A stretch of DNA of 64,000 bases, from positions 17,608,001-17,672,000 of the forward strand of contig NC_135822.1 in assembly GCF_964213995.1 (NCBI RefSeq), read 5' to 3'. Origin of the DNA: Mustelus asterias. Its lineage: Eukaryota. How positions within the stretch are numbered: the first letter of the stretch is position 1; each line of letters starts with the position of its first letter. A program made the position numbers and the translations under genes. Shown here piece after piece: positions 12,001-25,300 of this stretch. The notes beneath the pieces are model-generated. The model saw only the letters and a program-made list of their open reading frames with translations. It made no database searches and had not been told where the DNA came from.

Positions 12001-13035
12001 GACTACCTCAATTACGCCAGTCTGAGATATTTCATACAATAGCCATTTTGTCTTGTAACCTTTCTCAGTAAATACATCAACCTAGTGTGAACTTGTGCTG
12101 TGTCGGGGGCACCTTTGTACTATAGACCACTGTACAAGGTGAACTAACTGGAGGCTACTGGAATCTTAGAGCCTACAGTCAGAGAAGTCTTTCAGCCTAT
12201 TAATCTGGGCTGGATTTGAATTCAAGTCCTGGAGATAGAAGACCAGTGCCTCGCCCACTCGCCTGTCAGCAGCATGTGTAAGGACAATATAGAGAGAGTT
12301 TATTCTTCATTAAGTTTGAATGGCACTAGACAGCATCCAAGTCGTGTTCCAACACGACTGATACCAGCGACAGTACAGTAGATAGCATTTAAAAACCATA
12401 GGCCAACTAAGCTGCTTGGTATCTGTACCTTGAACAGATGTACAATGCACAGATTTCCTTACTGTTAGCAGTTCGTGCCCGAGGGATTTGCTGCTATACA
12501 TTAACAGCACAGGAGCTTGTAGAAGGAATTAAACTGGGAGATAATACATCAGAGCAGCAAAGGAATTGACAGTTTGAGCATCAGGCATTTCACACAAAAT
12601 AAACCTGATATCTGGCACGCAAGCACGGCACTATTTGAATGTCAAAGCTTCTTATTGACTAGAGCGCAGTCCAAAAAAGATCGGAGACTTGTGATTGCAA
12701 GCTGGCTGTCATCACAGGTCACTCCCGACTTACAACGGCCTGTGACAGTCCACAGTGAGAATTCCTTTTGACTGGCTGCCGAGAAGCTTCCTGGGATCAG
12801 GACGACATTGCAGGGTGCAACCATGGAGAGGGGAGACAACTTGAAGTGTGATCAGCTTGATTTACATCCCGGCCATCATTTCTGGATTAAGAGTGACCGT
12901 CTGTACTTCCCCTTTTAAACTGTTCAAACTTCACTTGCTGCAGTTTGTTTGCATTGCCAGTTTTACCTTGTGGACTGCACAGTAACTCTAAGTTGTCCCC
13001 CTCACTCACCATCTCATTGTCCTCCAATCAGTGAC

Positions 13036-13356
13036 TTAGTTCATACAGCGCTGTAGCTGCGTTATGCCTGCGAGGTTCAGTCCGCTGGCCGTCAACAGAC
13101 TCTTGGCTCTCAAGTCTTCCAGCTCGTCCTTAACCGCTTGCCACTTCTTCATCATTCTCCTCATCTCCTCCTGCTTTACCTTCAGCCGTTTCCTCAACTT
13201 CTCGTTCTTCTCCAGGGCAGAGAACAGCCTCTTCTTCATCATGCCCAGGTTGGTGGCAGCGTAAGTGTGGTCAGCACTGCCCTCGGAGGGAGCACCTTTC
13301 TCCAGACTTGCCTGAAGTGGGTTTTCCTCTCCTGCGCTTGGAGGGGGCAGGGGTAC
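13036..13356 (-). CDS. THAP3: THAP3 last coding exon (DHTY motif, coiled coil)
   Basis: Acceptor TTCTGTTCCCTCAG|GTA; VPLPPPSAGEENPLQASLEKGAPSEGSADHTYAATNLGMMKKRLFSALEKNEKLRKRLK...CMN*. Confidence 0.9.
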   Translation of the reverse strand, partial: VPLPPPSAGEENPLQASLEKGAPSEGSADHTYAATNLGMMKKRLFSALEKNEKLRKRLKVKQEEMRRMMKKWQAVKDELEDLRAKSLLTASGLNLAGITQLQRCMN

Positions 13357-16300
13357 CTGAGGGAACAGAAATCCGAGACTGAGTAATCGGAATAAATACT
13401 CTCATCATCTGGGCTGACACGCGTGACCACGTGACCTCCCGCAGTCACGGGTGACCAGCTCACACCCTTGCAGAGGTGCATGACCACATGGTCCCCTGAA
13501 GACATGCATGGCCACTAACCCCCTGCAGAGATGCATGACCCTCCCTCCTTATGTTTCGGATGATATCAATAATGTGTCCTTAATCCAGGAGCACCTAACG
13601 CTGTGTACTCCTGTGTATTACGTCACAAAACTTGTAAGTTCACCAATGGAGCATGCATCACATTTGTGATGATACTGTGCCTTTAAGAAATGTATCTGTG
13701 TCATGTTTCTCGTGAAGGGACTGTTTTAAACTTCAGCTCTGATTACGGTGCCGATTGTCTGTAAGAGGCAGCCCACATGCTGCACATGCAGAAGAATAAT
13801 TGCTCCTAGTTAATGGGATGTTTGTTTCAATCTGAGTTAATACAATTTTATTTTAGATTGTCCCCTGGGATCCCAGAGTAGGGTTTAATTATGTTGATTG
13901 ACAAGAAGAGAGAGTCATGGGAATGGGTGGAGCTAGGCTTACAGAGAGACAAGCAGGCAGTTGCTGTTTGAATTTGAAATGTGCAGCTCTTTCTCTGGAA
14001 ATTGGAGTCTGGGAGGTATCTCTCTCTAGAGTTCTGCAAAAGGCAAGGGGTGTTTTCTCCCTCTCTGGAGTTCTGCTGTGTGAAAACAAGTCTCTTTCTC
14101 TGCAATTCCACTGCGTGAAGACAGGTCTCGCTCTGGGATTCCACTGTATGAAGACGGGTCTTTCTCTGGAGGCTGCTGTCTGAGAGTCAGAAGTCAGGTG
14201 TCTCTCATTATCTCTGTGCAGAGGTGTTAAAAGGATGGAAGAAAAGCAGCACATGTAAACCTGTGTGTTTAGCTGACTGATTCTGAAGAGGAGTTTACAC
14301 CGATGGGGAATATTGCTTAAATTGGAACTAACAAGCGAGCAGTTAAGAATTATACCCTGTCATGTTTAAGAATTTCAATTGGTAAAAGTTATGCTAATTA
14401 TTTTTGTTATAGTTACACTGTGTTGATGAATAAAGTTTGTTTTAATTAAAGCTTCCAAATGCGTCAATAGAATCACACCTGGAGTGAAACACAGTGGATG
14501 GGATTTTGAGTCCTCGCCCGCTCCGATTCCGCGGCGGGAGTGGTGGTAGAGTTCCGGCGCTTATGCTTGGATTAATGCCAAAATCAAACATAGCTGTGGT
14601 CTAGTTTAACTTCATAATAAAGCCTGGGAGTTTCTGATCTGGCCCTTAACACATCACATTAATTGGCACAGACAATCCCCATCACTTCCATTGGATTAAA
14701 AGCGCCAACAGTTAGCTGATCATATCATTATCAACTGTAGTGAATTAAATGCACTGTTTGTTTCTGGGGAAAACAGTATGTTCACTCACTATTTTGCACC
14801 TTGTTAAATATTTAAATCAATATGTCAGTAATATGTAAATAACAACTTGTGACGAAATATCACTGACCTGAAAGGTTAAATACCGTTTTTCCCTCTCTAG
14901 ATGTTGCCAGACCTGCCGAGTATTTCCAGTTTCTGATCTTCAGCATCCACAGTATTACGTTTTAGGTCTCCAATGATGTTCAATTATCTTTTGGGTACTT
15001 AAGGCTTCAAATTCCCACTCAGCAAGGGAGGTGTTAGACTCTATACTAAGCAATGACTGCAGTTTAAACAAAGCTGCAGGACAGAGTAGAGCTAAAGCGA
15101 ACAGTGCCTTTTGCATCCTTGGAAGCTGTGTTTAAATCCAGCCCAGCCATGTGGAATGAAAGGTTCCCCGCTCTGGCTGTTGAAAGTGAAATTACTTTGA
15201 TCGTCTTAAACTACCTCTGTGGATAGGAATTCAAAAAGCACATTTGACACAATTCCCACTTTAACGCAGCAGCTTCACTCAGTGGATTGCTGAGGATATA
15301 TAATATATGGCCAGCTAAAATAAGATGAATAACAGTGATACATTTAAGGCAAAGTTAAATAAGGAGGAGCTACCGGAAGGACATGCTGACTGGGTGAGAT
15401 GAAGGGGGACGGGGGGGGGAGGAGGCGGTGGTTGGAGGAGAGATGTATGAAGTGTAAACACTGCTAGGCTGAACTGCCTTGTTTCTGTACTCGACTGTGT
15501 AATTCTACGTAACTGTGGATAAAGGACAACACAAGGAATAACTTGCGTGTTATGGAGTACTGTAATAATGTGACCAGGGGGTCTTATGGTGCAGTGGGTA
15601 GCATCCCTCTGAGCCAGAAGCTCCAGGTTCAAGTCCCACCTCAGAATTGATGGCCAAGGAAGGAGTGTTCATAACGCAGCCAAACAGGTGGAGTGTCAAC
15701 TTGCAAATCCTTTCAAACACGCCAATGGCTGGTGGTAAGGACGGGAGAGACTCCTAGTCAGCCATGCTGGATGTGGAGTGGCACCCTTCAAGCTATGAGA
15801 CCCTGGTGCCAGACCAGCGATCCATTCCAGGAATTACTAGCTATTGAAACAGACAAAAGTCTGACTTTGTGCAGCGCGAAGTGTGGGAACGAATTGGAAT
15901 AATGTGACCACTGGATATCACAGGCAAATCATGTTCGCATGATCACACCCACTATCAGGTGTAACAGAATTTATCCAACAATGAGGTGACAGCTAAAAAC
16001 AGCTCACAATATTCAGTCACAAAGAATTTGAAGTGTAAATGGAACCGAGCTACAAAGAACAAAGAACAGTACAGCACAGGAAACAGGCCCTTCGGCCCTC
16101 CAAACCTGTGCCGCTCCTTGGTCCAACTAGACCAATCGTTTGTATCCCTCCATTCCCAGGCTGCTCATGTGACTATCCAGGTAAGTCTTAAACGATGTCA
16201 GCGTGCCTGCCTCCACCACCCTACTTGGCAGCGCATTCCAGGCCCCCACCACCCTCTGTGTAAAAAACATCCCTCTAATATCTGAGTTATACTTCGCCCC

Positions 16301-19300
16301 TCTCACCTTGAGCCCGTGACCCCTCGTGAACGTCACTTCTGATCTGGTAAAAAGCTTCCCACCGTTCACCCTATCTATCCCCTTCATAATCTTGTACACC
16401 TCTATTAGATCTCCCCTCATTCTCCGTCTTTCCAGGGAGAACAACCCCAGTTTACCCAATCTCTCCTCATAGCTAAGACCCTCCATACCAGGCAACATCC
16501 TGGTAAACCTTCTCTGCACTCTCTCTAACGCCTCCACGTCCTTCTGGTAGTGCGGCGACCAGAACTGGACGCAGTACTCCAAATGTGGCCTAACCAGCGT
16601 TCTATACAGCTGCATCATCAGACTCCAGCTTTTATACTCTATACCCCGTCCTATAAAGGCAAGCATACCATATGCCTTCTTCACCACCTTCTCCACCTGT
16701 GTTGCCACCTTCAAGGATTTGTGGACTTGCACACCTAGGTCCCTCTGTGTTTCTATACTCCTGATGACTCTGCCATTTATTGTATAACTCCTCCCTACAT
16801 TATTTCTTCCAAAATGCATCACTTCGCATTTATCCGGATTAAACTCCATCTGCCACCTCTCCGCCCAATTTTCCAGCCTATCTATATCCTGCTGTATTGC
16901 CCGACAATGCTCTTCGCTATCCGCAAGTCCAGCCATCTTCGTGTCATCCGCAAACTTGCTGATTACACCAGTTACACCTTCTTCCAAATCATTTATATAT
17001 ATCACAAATAGCAGCTGCCCGAGATGTGGCTGTGCCCAGCACAAGGACGAACAATAGCGATCCACACGTTCAGATCCCTCTCCCTCCCACAAGTGGCTTG
17101 TATCTCCCTCAAAGGCACAGCTGGTATAACTGGTTCAGTGTGTGGAGAATCTTCAGCAGGCACCCATGGTGTGGCACCCGTGAGATAAAACAAGTAAAGG
17201 AAGGCTTTCATTTATGTACTGCCTTTCATGCCCACCAGACCTCAGTCCTTCAGTGTAATCACTATTGTAATATTAGAAGTGTGGCAGCCAATTTGCACAC
17301 AGCAACCTCCCATAAAGAGTCATGTGACAATAACCAGAATATTTCCTTTTAATGATAATGGTTGAAGGACAACTATTGGCCAGGACAGTGAGATCCTTTA
17401 CACTACCCAAGAAGGACCTCATCCAAGAGTCTACACCTCTGACAGTGCAGCATTCTCCCTGAAGCAGTGGGGAGTCAGCTTGGATTATATAATCTTTGGA
17501 ATGAGATTTAAATCTATAACTTTCTGGCTCCAAGGTACGAGTGCTACTCTGTGCTATTCACTGCTAGTCTGACCAGCGTCAAATTTGAGTACTGTTTCCC
17601 CAATCGGGAGAAATATTTGACTCCTCGGAGTGTCAAACACACTGAACTAAACCAATTACTTACCGTCTCGACCTTTTCCTCAGTTACTTCAGGAGTTATT
17701 ATATCTGTGGCCATTTTCAACTTTTTCCTTGCCCGATGTCTCTGCTGCAATAACAAACAAGATCACACCTTGAACCATTGCTTCAGAACAAGGGAGAAAG
17801 AGACAAAGATCTTTATGCAAAATCTTACATAAGTAATGACTGTCTCAGATATGGCTTCCATCAGGCACCTTGTAAAATCGCACCTTCTTCACTGGAGACT
17901 CTGAGTAGTGGGTTTTGGCAGGCTGCTGACTGTGGCAGCAACCAAGCTTGAGTCTATCCCCATGCAATGCACTGACAAAGGTCACTGAAAGGTGATCAGG
18001 AGTGTGAGCCCTAAAAGAGGCAACCATTCCACGGAACATTGAGATATACAAATGGCAAAACCTCTCATTTAAGTTCTCAGTGGCAAGGTTAGGTTACCGC
18101 GCCAACATAGAATACAGCTTCCCCCCTTTTCTGCTGCCTCAGCCCCCAGCCTCAATGGAGCACTCACTTTTGCACGTCTGCCATCCTACAGCCTCGCATT
18201 GGGGACTGGGTGAGATATTCAACTTCATTTCCCGCATGACCCTGGCAGCCAGCAGAAACTTTTGCCTCATGAATTTAAGTTATCAAGATCCCAGAGGTGA
18301 AAGGCCAGTTTTTACACCCCTCATCACCCAGACCCTCCACACTCTTCTCTGCTTCAACAACAATTTGAATGTGTACAATGTCTTTGGTGCCCTAAAACTT
18401 GATGTGGAGATGCCAGCGTTGCACTGGGGTAAACACAGTAAGAAGTCTAACAACACCAGGTTAAAGTCCAATAGGTTTATTTGGTAACAAAAGCCACTGG
18501 CTTTCAGAACAGGCTGTTCCTTCGTCAGGTGGGTTGGAGTTCTGATCACAAACAGGGCACAAAGACACAAACTCAATTTACATAAATAATGATTGGAATG
18601 TGTCTTTACAGCTAATCAAGTCTTAAAGGTATAGACAATGTGAGTGGAGGGAGCATTAAGCACAGGTTAAAGAGATGTGTATTGTCTCCAGACAGGACAG
18701 CGAGTGAAATTTTGCACATCCAGGCAAGTCGTGGGGGTTACAGATAGTGTGACATGAACCCAAGATCCCGGTTGAGGCCGTCCTCATGCGTGCGGAACCT
18801 GGCTATCAGTTTCTGCTCAGCGACTCTGCGCTGTCGTGTGTCATGAAGGCCGTCTTGGAGAACGTTTACCCGGAGATCAGAGGCTGAATGCCTGTGACCG
18901 CTGAAGTGCTCCCCAACAGGAAGAGAACAGTCTGGCCTGGTGATTGTCGAGTGGTGTTCATTGATCCGTTGTCGTAGCGTCTGCATGGTTTCCCCAATGT
19001 ACCATACCTCGGGACATCCTTTCCTGCAGCGTAACAGGTAGACAACGTTGGCCGAGTTGCAAGAGTATGTACCGTGTACCTGGTGGATGGTGTTCTCGCG
19101 TGAGATGATGGCATCTGTGTCAATGATCCGGCACGTCTTGCAGAGGTTGCTGTGGCAGGATTGTGTGGTGCTGTGGTCACTGTTCTCCTGAAGGCTGGGT
19201 AATTTGCTGCAGATAATGGTTTGTTTGAGGTTGTGCGGTTGTTTGAAGGCAAGAAGTGGGGGTGTGGGGATGGCCTTGGCAAGATGTTCGTCTTCATCAA

Positions 19301-22300
19301 TGGCATGTTGAAGGCTCCGGAGGAGTTGTCGTAGCTTCTCCGCTCCGGAGAAGTACTGGACAACGAAGAGTACTCTGTCCACCGTGTCCCGTGCTTGTCT
19401 TCTGAGGAGGTCAGTGCAGTTTTTCGCTGTAGCGTGTCGGAACTGTCGATCGTGAGTCCAGCGCCATATCCTGTTCTTATGAGGGCATCTTTCAGTGTCT
19501 GGAGGTGTCTGTTGCGATCCTCCTCATCCGAGCAGATCCTGTGTATACGGAGGGCTGGTCCGTAGGGGATGGCATCTTTAACGTGTTTAGGGTGGAAGCT
19601 GGAGAAGTGGAGCATCATGAGGGTATGCGTGGGCTTGCGGTACAGTGAGGTGCTGAGGTGACCGTCCTTAATGGAGATGCGTGTGTCCAAGAATGCAACC
19701 GATTCCGGAGAGTAGTCCATGGTGAGTCTGATGGTGGGATGGAACTTGTTGATGTCATCATATAATTGTTTCAGTGATTGTTCACCATGAGTCCAAAAGG
19801 AAGAAAATGTCATCGATGTATCCAGTGTATAGCATCGGTTGAAGGTCCTGTGCGGTGAAGAAGTCTTGTTCGAACCTGTGCATGAAGATGTTGGCAGATT
19901 GAGGTGCGAATTTGGTCCCCATGGCTGTTCCGTGTGTCTGGATGAAGAACTGGTTGTTGAAGGTGAAGACATTGTGATCCAGGATGAAGCGGATGAGTTG
20001 TAAAATTGCATCTGGAAACTGGCAGTTGTCGGCGTTGAGTACTGAGGCAGTTGCAGCAATGCCATCATCGTGGGGGATGCTGGTGTAGAGTGCCAAGACA
20101 TCTATTGTGACGAGGAGTGCTCCTGGTTCAACTGCTCCAGGTGTGCTGAGTTTCTGTAGGAAGTCCGTAGTGTCGCGACAAAAGCTGGGGGTTCTTGGTA
20201 CAATGGGTTTCAGGATGGCCTCGACATAGCCGGAGAGGTTCTCGCACAGGGTCCCATTGCCCAATACGATGGGACGGCCTCCCGAAGATACACAAAGCAA
20301 ACACACCCGGCCGACAACTGCCAGTTTCCAGATGCAATTTTACAACTCATCCGCTTTATCCTGGACCACAATATCTTCACCTTCAACGACCAGTTCTTCA
20401 TCCAGACACACGGAACAGCCATGGGGACAAAATTCGCACCTCGATATGCCAACATCTTCATGCACGGGTTTGAACAAGACTTCTTCACCGCACAGGACCT
20501 TCAACCGATGCTATACACTAGATACATCGATGACATTTTCTTCCTTTGGACTCATGGTGAACAATCACTGAAACAATTATATGATGACATCAACAAGTTC
20601 CATCCCACCATCAGACTCACCATGGACTACTCTCCGGAATCGGTTGCATTCTTGGACACACGCATCTCCATTAAGGACGGTCACCTCAGCACCTCACTGT
20701 ACCACAAGCCCACGGATAACCTCACGATGCTCCACTTCTCCAGCTTCCACCCTAAACACGTTAAAGAAGCCATCTCCTACGGACAAGCCCTCCGTACACA
20801 CAGGATCTGCTCGGATGAGGAGTATCGCAATAGACACCTCCAGACGCTGAAAGATGCCCTCGTAAGAACAGGATATGGCGCTCGACTCATCGATCGACAG
20901 TTCCGACGTGCCACAGCGAAAAGCCGCACCGACCTCCTCAGAAGACAAACACGGGACACGGTGGACAGAGTGCCCTTCGTCGTCCAGTACTTCCCCGGAG
21001 CGGAGAAGCTACGGCATCTCCTCTGGAGCCTTCAACATGTCATTGATGAAAACGAGCATCTCGCCAAGGCCATCCTCACACCCCCACTTCTTGCCTTCAA
21101 ACAACCGCACAACCTCAAACAGACCATTGTCCGCAGCAAACTACCCAGCCTTCAGAAGAAGTGACCACGGCACCACACAACCCTACCACAGCAACCTCTG
21201 CAAGACGTGCCGGATCATCGACACAGATGCCATCATCTCACGCGAGAACACCATCCACCAGATACACGGTACATACTCTTGCAACTCGGCCAACGTTGTC
21301 TACCTGATACGCTGCAGGAAAGGATGTCCCGAGGTATGGTACATTGGGGAAACCATGCAGACGCTACGACAACAGATGAATGAACACCACTCGACAATCA
21401 CCAGGCCAGACTGTTCTCTTCCTGTTGGGGAGCACTTCAGCGGTCACGGGCATTCAGCCTCTGATCTCCGGGTAAGCGTTCTCCAAGGCGGCCTTCACGA
21501 CACACGACAGCACAGAGTCGCTGAGCAGAGACTGATAGCCAGCGTCCGCACACATGAGGACAGCCTCAACCGGGATATTGGGTTCATGTCACACTATCTG
21601 TAACCCCCACAACCTGCCTGGATGTGCAAAATCTCCCTAGCTGTCCTGTCTGGAGACAATACACATCTCTTTAACCTGTGCTTAATGCTCTCTCCACTCA
21701 CATTGTCTGTACCTTTAAGACTTGATTAGCTGTAAAGACTCACATTCCAATCATTATTCATGTAAATTGAGTTTGTGTCTTTGTGCCCTGTTTGTGATCA
21801 GAACTCCCACCCACCTGACGAAGGAACAGCCTGTTCCGAAAACTAGTGGCTTTTGTTACCAAATAAACCTGTTGGACTTTAACCTGGTGTTGTTAAGACT
21901 TCTTACTGTGCCCTAAAACATCCCAGGGCACTTCGGGGGAAAATTATCAAACTGGATTATAGACTGACACATTTGATAATATTTGGACAGATGTTGAGAT
22001 AGGTTTTAAGGATCACTTAAAGGAGGAAATAGAGGTGGAGAAGCAGACAGATTTAAAGAGTGAATTTATCCTGAGCAGCTGAGGGCATAGCCACCAATGG
22101 TGGATCAATGAAAATTGCACTACAGGCCAGAACCACATCCATACTTTACCTTCACAATCTCGGAGTAGCGGAAAACTGTGGGTACTGCATTATGCTTCAG
22201 ATTTTTTCGGTTGCCCCAAGTGTTGAAGCACTCTGGTTTGAAATGCTCCGAGCAAATGACCGTGTGTTGGTTGGGTTTAAATTCTGCTCTTCCAACATTG

Positions 22301-25300
22301 TTCATCCACTGTTTCAATAGGTCCGGCTTGCTGAAGGGAAACCTGAGCAACAGTGAAAGGTCATCAATAAAAGAAACTCTCCAATGTTAAACAGCAAGTC
22401 TCACCCTCCTCTTACCATGAACTGGAGCCCAGGTTACCCCCTTCTCCCTACCATTTTGCACTCTCTCCTTTCCTTCCCTATGTATTGTTTGCTTTGTCTG
22501 TATAGTGCACAAGAAACAATACTTTTCACTGTATACTAATACACGCGAGAATAATAAATCAAATCAAATCAACATTTGCACCGAGTTATCCCCCAGATAT
22601 CTTCTTCCCTCCTGATCATTGCTCCACACTTATCTGCGGTCCCTGCCACTATCAGGATCCTGTGGAGAAACCTTGGTGATTTTGATATGTCAAAGTCACA
22701 AATTGTTGTTGTCTAGTCACACAGGCACAGTTATATTATACAGCCACCACATCAGATATTATTTTTATCATTTCCGAGGGAGTCTCTCCTATATTAATTA
22801 TGTAACTCGCTATTAACTCTCAGGATCTACAGTAATCATTATTTTGGGCTCCTGGCTGAGTGACCTATGGAAGATTAACTCCTACTTCCTGATGTTGATG
22901 GTTTACAAATTAATTAATTACATCAGTGGCTGCTCACCCTCACTACAGACATTATTAATATTTTACAATTCAGGCTGACCGACCTGTAGAAGGTAGGCTC
23001 CTTGTCTCTGATATGTTATAATTTGTATTTTAATAATTAATTGATTCATTATGTATTTACATAAATGGTTGCTCCTTCTCAGTTTCAAAGCTAATAATTC
23101 TGATCCCGACCTGTTACCTGTGGCAAGTGAGTCACTCATTCTGTTGGGAGCTATATTTTAACTTTACTCATTAATTCATTGAATCATACAACCCCCCCCC
23201 CTCCAAAAAAGGCCATTGGGTCCATCCTGGCTATGCCGGCTCTTCGAATTAGTTATCCAATTCGTCACGGTCTCTTGCTCTTTCCTATTGCCCCACAGAT
23301 TTTCCCTTGTTGAGTATGTATTCAATATTCTTTTGAAAATTACAATTAAATCTGCTTCCAACCCCTTTTTAAGGCATGCATGCCAGATCATAACACTGTG
23401 CATAAAAATAATTATATGAAACACACAATATATACAAATTCTGATTATTAATATTCAGGACCACTGGCTGATTTACCAGTGATATGAGTTCATTGTTCCG
23501 GATATGCTATTGGTGATTTATATCATTACTTTAACACATTTATTCATTAATTATTTATATATAACTAAGTTTAAACTTATTTTTTATTACTGTCACAAGT
23601 ATGCTTACATTAACACTGCAATGAAGTTACTGTGAAAATCCCCTAGTCGCCACACACCGGCGCCTGTTCGGGTACACTGAGGGAGAATTTAGCATGGCCA
23701 ATGCACCTAACCAGCAAGTCTTTCGGACTGAGAGAGGAAACTGGAGCACCCAGAGGAAACCCACACAGACACAGGGAGCACTTGCAGACTCCGCACAGAC
23801 AGTGACCCAAGCTGGGAACTGAACCCTGGTCCCTGGCACTGTGAGGTAGCAGTGCTAACCACTGTACCATCGTGCAGCTACGATATTTTGTCTTTATAAA
23901 AATTACTATTCAGCACATACTTTAATTTTCAGGCTCCCTGTCTGATTTACCTGTAAGAGTTTCAAAACTCTTACTGTGTTTACCCCAGTCCAACGCCGGC
24001 ATCTCCACATCATGATTTACCTGTGACAGGTGAGTTTTGTCCCTGATATCCTGTTGGTAGTTAGGATATTTTTCTAAACACATTGATTAATTATTGGTAT
24101 GAAATGATCTTTCTCTCTCAGTACGTATCTATTACAGTATATCAGCAAAGTAGTGGAGATGCTGGAGATCCAAAATTAGGACAAAGCGATGGAAAAACTC
24201 AGCAGATCTAGCAGCCTCTGTGGAGAGAGAAACAGTGTTAAAGTCTCGAGTCCAAAATGATTCTTCTTTTGAAGAAGATTGGTACTGGAGTTCAAACATT
24301 CACAATGTTTCTCTCTCCACAGATGCAGCCAGACCTGTTGTGTTTTTCCAGCACTCTGGTTTCATTTTATAATACAGTACTGATTTTCTGGGCCCTATCT
24401 GATTTTATATTACAGTACTGATGTTCTGGGTCCCTGACTGAGTTTATGTTACAGAAATGTTGTTCTGGGTCCCTGTCTCATTTTCTGTTACAACACTGAT
24501 GTTGTGGCTCCCCATCTGATTTTGTGTTACAGTACTGATGTTCTGGATCCCTGACTGGTTTCATGTTACAGTACTGATGTTCTGGGTCTCTGTCTGATTT
24601 TACGTTACAATACTGATGTTCTGGGTCCCTGTCTGATTTTCTGTTACACTACTGATGTTCTGGCTCCCTGTCTGATTTTATATTACAGTACTGATGTTCT
24701 GGCTCCCTGTCTGATTTTATATTACAGTACTGATGTTCTGGCTCCCTGTCTGATTTTATATTACAGTACTGATGTTCTGGCTCCCTGTCTGATTTTATAT
24801 TACAGTACTGATGTTCTGGCTCCCTGTCTGATTTTATATTACAGTACTGATGTTCTGGCTCCCTGTCTGATTTTATATTACAGTACTGATCTTCTGGCTC
24901 CCTGTCTGATTTTATATTACAGTACTGATCTTCTGGCTCCCTGTCTGATTTTATATTACAGTACTGATCTTCTGGCTCCCTGTCTGATTTTATATTACAG
25001 TACTGATGTTCTGGCTCCCTGTCTGATTTTATATTACAGTACTGATGTTCTGGCTCCCTGTCTGATTTTATATTACAGTACTGATGTTCTGGATCCCTGT
25101 CTGATTTTATATTACAGTACTGATCTTCTGGCTGCCTGTCTGATTTTATATTACAGTACTGATGTTCTGGCTCCCCGTCTGATTTTATATTACAGTACTG
25201 ATGTTCTGGCTCCCTGTCTGATTTTATATTACAGTACTGATGTTCTGGATCCCTGTCTGATTTTATATTACAGTACTGATGTTCTGGCTCCCCGTCTGAT

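Larger units (their letters stand above)
18400..21907. mobile_element. Penelope-like element in inverted (head-to-head) configuration: minus copy 18400-20279, plus copy ~20314-21907
   Basis: RT motifs (GTAMGTKFAP..YIDDIF) and GIY-YIG motifs (NVVYLIRCRKGCPEVWYIGET..LRQ..NEH) on both strands; 12-bp TSD GTGCCCTAAAAC at 18387-18398 and 21908-21919; frameshifted. Confidence 0.93.

Noticed and set aside
1-12900. DNAJC11 exons expected from human synteny (and KLHL21 at the other end)
   Set aside because: No recognisable exon of either gene in this window
17060-17190. Possible extra THAP3 exon (GATPWVPAEDSPHTEPVIPAVPLREIQ)
   Set aside because: The pyrimidine tract is followed by CACGG rather than CAG, the phase does not match exon 3, and there is no convincing donor; at best a decayed exon
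18738-21603. Active autonomous Penelope ORF
   Set aside because: Both copies are 5'-truncated and frameshifted
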